Below, in pieces: positions 25,551-28,431 of a stretch of DNA of 28,431 nt. This DNA comes from Gemmatimonadota bacterium. GTDB taxonomy: Bacteria; Latescibacterota; UBA2968; UBA8231. Position 1 is the first letter of the stretch. Every line of letters begins with the position of its first letter. The stretch is from assembly GCA_038128265.1 (NCBI GenBank), contig JAYPJE010000040.1:10285-38715 (forward strand), given 5' to 3'. The position numbers and the translations under genes are program-made. The notes below the pieces were generated by a model. It did no database searches, had not been told where the DNA came from, and saw only the letters and a list, made by a program, of their open reading frames with translations.

Positions 25551-25620
25551 GCAGGCGTGCTCACATGCGCCACACGCCGTCATTTTTCACCCAGTCATCC
25601 ACCGTTAGAAAGGAATTGCA

Positions 25621-26412
<792 letters not shown>

Positions 26413-26440
26413 GCATTATACGCGACGGCCTAGCCCATTC

Positions 26441-26474
26441 CGGGGGACCTTTTGCAGCGTTGAAAGGTCCCCCG
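26441..26474. terminator. Hairpin between convergent genes, probable terminator
   Basis: Perfect 12 bp inverted repeat CGGGGGACCTTT / AAAGGTCCCCCG with only a short T-tail. Confidence 0.65.
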
Positions 26475-26488
26475 CTTTGCGCGGGCGA

Positions 26489-27091
26489 CTAAGCCTCTTC
26501 TACCGGCTTGACGTAGGCCTTCTTCGGTCCGCTGTCAGCTGACAGCGTTGCGCGCGTGCGCGCGCTCAGGCGTTCGATCGCATCGGCTACGTGCACATCG
26601 GCAATGTGGTGATCGCCGCGTTCCGTGCGCAGCAGATGGGCCTCAAACAGCACCTGTGCGTGCGTGCAGCCATCCGGCGGCTCAAACTTGTAGGAGGCCA
26701 GTTCGATGCGCTGGCCCAGCGGATCGCGAAAGTAGATCGAATCCATAAAACCGCGGTCAATTGCGCCCGTATGCGGCACATCGCGCGCTTCTAAACGCGC
26801 CGGAATCTGTGCAAAGGTCGCGCGCGACACGCTGAACGCCAGGTGGTGCACGTGGCCAATTTCTTCGCTATTTGACGTAGCATCGACGTCGCGGCTCTCG
26901 CTGGTAAATACCGTGATCAGCCGCCCATCGCCCGGGTCGAAGTAGAGGTGCGATTCGTCTGGGTTATCCAGATTGGGTTGCTCAAAAATAAAGGGCATGC
27001 CAAGCACGCCCTCCCAAAAGTCAATCGACACCTGGCGCGTGGCACCAACGAGCGTGATGTGATGCACGCCCTGTACCTGAATCTTCTGCAT
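26489..27091 (-). CDS. VOC (glyoxalase / bleomycin resistance / dioxygenase) family protein
   Basis: GVHHITL, FWEGVLGM, HVHHLAFSV, SIYFRDPLGQRIELA; 200 aa. Confidence 0.92.
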   Translation of the reverse strand: MQKIQVQGVHHITLVGATRQVSIDFWEGVLGMPFIFEQPNLDNPDESHLYFDPGDGRLITVFTSESRDVDATSNSEEIGHVHHLAFSVSRATFAQIPARLEARDVPHTGAIDRGFMDSIYFRDPLGQRIELASYKFEPPDGCTHAQVLFEAHLLRTERGDHHIADVHVADAIERLSARTRATLSADSGPKKAYVKPVEEA

Positions 27092-27156
27092 GGCTCTTCT
27101 CCGCCGTATGAGTTCCCATCGATGATACTACGCAAAAACGCGCGAAACGGGAGTGC

Positions 27157-27744
27157 ATGAAAAAAGTAGAAATTTTAGCCCAACGCCGTATAGCAGACGC
27201 CTTTTTCAAACTCGACGAAGCAAAACTGCGCCACGAGCTTCGCGACGGCTCGATGAGCGCGCCCATGGATCGGCTCAACTTAGAACGCGGCGATGGAGTG
27301 GCCGCGCTGGTCTACCACCCGCAGCGCGAAGTGCTCGTCTTTGTGCGCCAGTTTCGCTACCCCGCCTACCTGCACGACGGGCCAGGTTGGTTGGTTGAAC
27401 TGCCGGCCGGCATGCTCGATCACGACGAAGAACCGGCCGACTGTATGCGTCGCGAGATCCGCGAGGAAACAGGCTATGCCGTCGGACATATCAAGCCCGT
27501 TTCCACGTTTTACCTCTCGCCTGGTGGCTCGTCCGAACGCATCCACCTCTATTATGCAGAAATAGATCCCCTACAGCCGCGACGCGCCGGCGGCGGATTA
27601 GCCAATGAACAGGAAGACATCGAGCTTATCGAGCTTCCACTATCCGAAGCGTGGCGCCAGCTAGACGCCGGCGCATTTGTCGACGCGAAGACCATCATCG
27701 CACTCCAGTGGATGCGCGCACAACGTCTATCGAGTTCTCCCTAA
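27157..27744 (+). CDS. NUDIX hydrolase, nucleoside-diphosphate-sugar / ADP-ribose pyrophosphatase (NudF/NudK-like)
   Basis: RQFRYP, Nudix box ELPAGMLDHDEEPADCMRREIREETGY, YLSPGGSSE, GGGL..EQEDIE, DAKTII. Confidence 0.93.
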   Translation: MKKVEILAQRRIADAFFKLDEAKLRHELRDGSMSAPMDRLNLERGDGVAALVYHPQREVLVFVRQFRYPAYLHDGPGWLVELPAGMLDHDEEPADCMRREIREETGYAVGHIKPVSTFYLSPGGSSERIHLYYAEIDPLQPRRAGGGLANEQEDIELIELPLSEAWRQLDAGAFVDAKTIIALQWMRAQRLSSSP

Positions 27745-27748
27745 GCTC

Positions 27749-27804
27749 TTGAAGCACGCCGCGAAATACAATAGTATTAGGGGCGAAGTTCAACGCCTAA
27801 TACT
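27749..27804 (+). promoter_or_regulatory. Sigma70-like promoter of acs with an overlapping inverted repeat
   Basis: TTGAAG-N17-TAGTAT (27749-27777). AGTATTAGG / CCTAATACT inverted repeat at 27773-27804. Confidence 0.5.
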
Positions 27805-27851
27805 GCGACTTACTGCAACCCTACCACCAGAAGCAACACAGGAGTACCGCT

Positions 27852-28431
27852 ATGGCAGACGAAGTATACCAGCCCTCAGCTTCCCTGCAAGAGAGGGCTT
27901 TTATCAACAGCATGGAAGCCTACCAACAGGAGTACGCGCGTTCCATCGCCGATCCCGAGGCATTCTGGGCGGAAAAAGCAGAGGGGTTTCACTGGTTTAA
28001 ACGGTGGGATACGATCTGCTCCTACAACTACGACATGACCAAAGGCCCCATATCCATTAAGTGGTTTGAAGGCGGCAAAACAAACATCACCTACAACTGC
28101 TTAGACCGCCACCTCGATGGAAAAGGCGATCAGACGGCGATCATATGGGAAGGCAATAGCCCCGACGAAGATGCCACCCTTACCTACAGGGAACTGCACG
28201 AGCAGGTCTGCAAATTTGCCAACGTGCTCAAGAGCCGCGGCGTTAAAAAGGGCGACCGCGTATCGATCTACATGCCAATGGTGCCCGAGTTGGCCGTGGC
28301 CATGCTCGCCTGTGCGCGTATCGGCGCCGTGCACTCAATCGTCTTTGGCGGCTTTTCTGCCGATGCGCTAGCCGATCGCATTGTCGACGCCACCTGCACC
28401 ACCGTGCTGACCTGCGATGGCATCTACCGCG
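27852..28431 (+). CDS. acs: Acetyl-CoA synthetase (acetate--CoA ligase), partial (runs off the window)
   Basis: Absent from the ORF track; hand translation from ATG 27852 (AGGAG RBS): MADEVYQP...SIADPEAFW...KWFEGGKTNITYNCLDRHL...AIIWEG...GVKKGDRVSIYMPMVPELAVAMLACARIGAVHSIVFGGFS. Confidence 0.96.
   Translation, partial: MADEVYQPSASLQERAFINSMEAYQQEYARSIADPEAFWAEKAEGFHWFKRWDTICSYNYDMTKGPISIKWFEGGKTNITYNCLDRHLDGKGDQTAIIWEGNSPDEDATLTYRELHEQVCKFANVLKSRGVKKGDRVSIYMPMVPELAVAMLACARIGAVHSIVFGGFSADALADRIVDATCTTVLTCDGIYR

Overview
GC-rich bacterial chromosomal window. I found no tRNA, rRNA, CRISPR array or mobile element. Left: an ECF sigma / anti-sigma / helical membrane protein operon, plus a partial Spy/CpxP-like gene that shares a bipartite promoter motif with the sigma gene. 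Next come hemA, a CcsA/HemX-like gene, and a small DUF2892 gene behind a sigma54-type promoter with a palindromic enhancer-like site. Centre (5058-20610, minus strand): a tightly coupled ~15.5 kb operon. It encodes three paralogous secreted proteins (family A: discoidin-like modules and a C-terminal TPNxDGxND/FlgD-Ig domain ending in Tyr) and two paralogous ~900 aa secreted beta-rich proteins with an Asp-rich Ca-binding-like insert (family B). It also encodes an internalin-like LRR protein, a Gfo/Idh/MocA oxidoreductase and an alkaline-phosphatase-superfamily enzyme. This operon is the best candidate for an undescribed cell-surface secretion or uptake system. Right: class I fumarase, moeA, an Ldh_2 oxidoreductase, a RhaM-like protein, an SDR, a VOC protein, a NUDIX hydrolase and partial acs. 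The protein style suggests an FCB-related lineage such as Latescibacterota (inference only). All family calls rest on motif recognition by eye; no searches were run.
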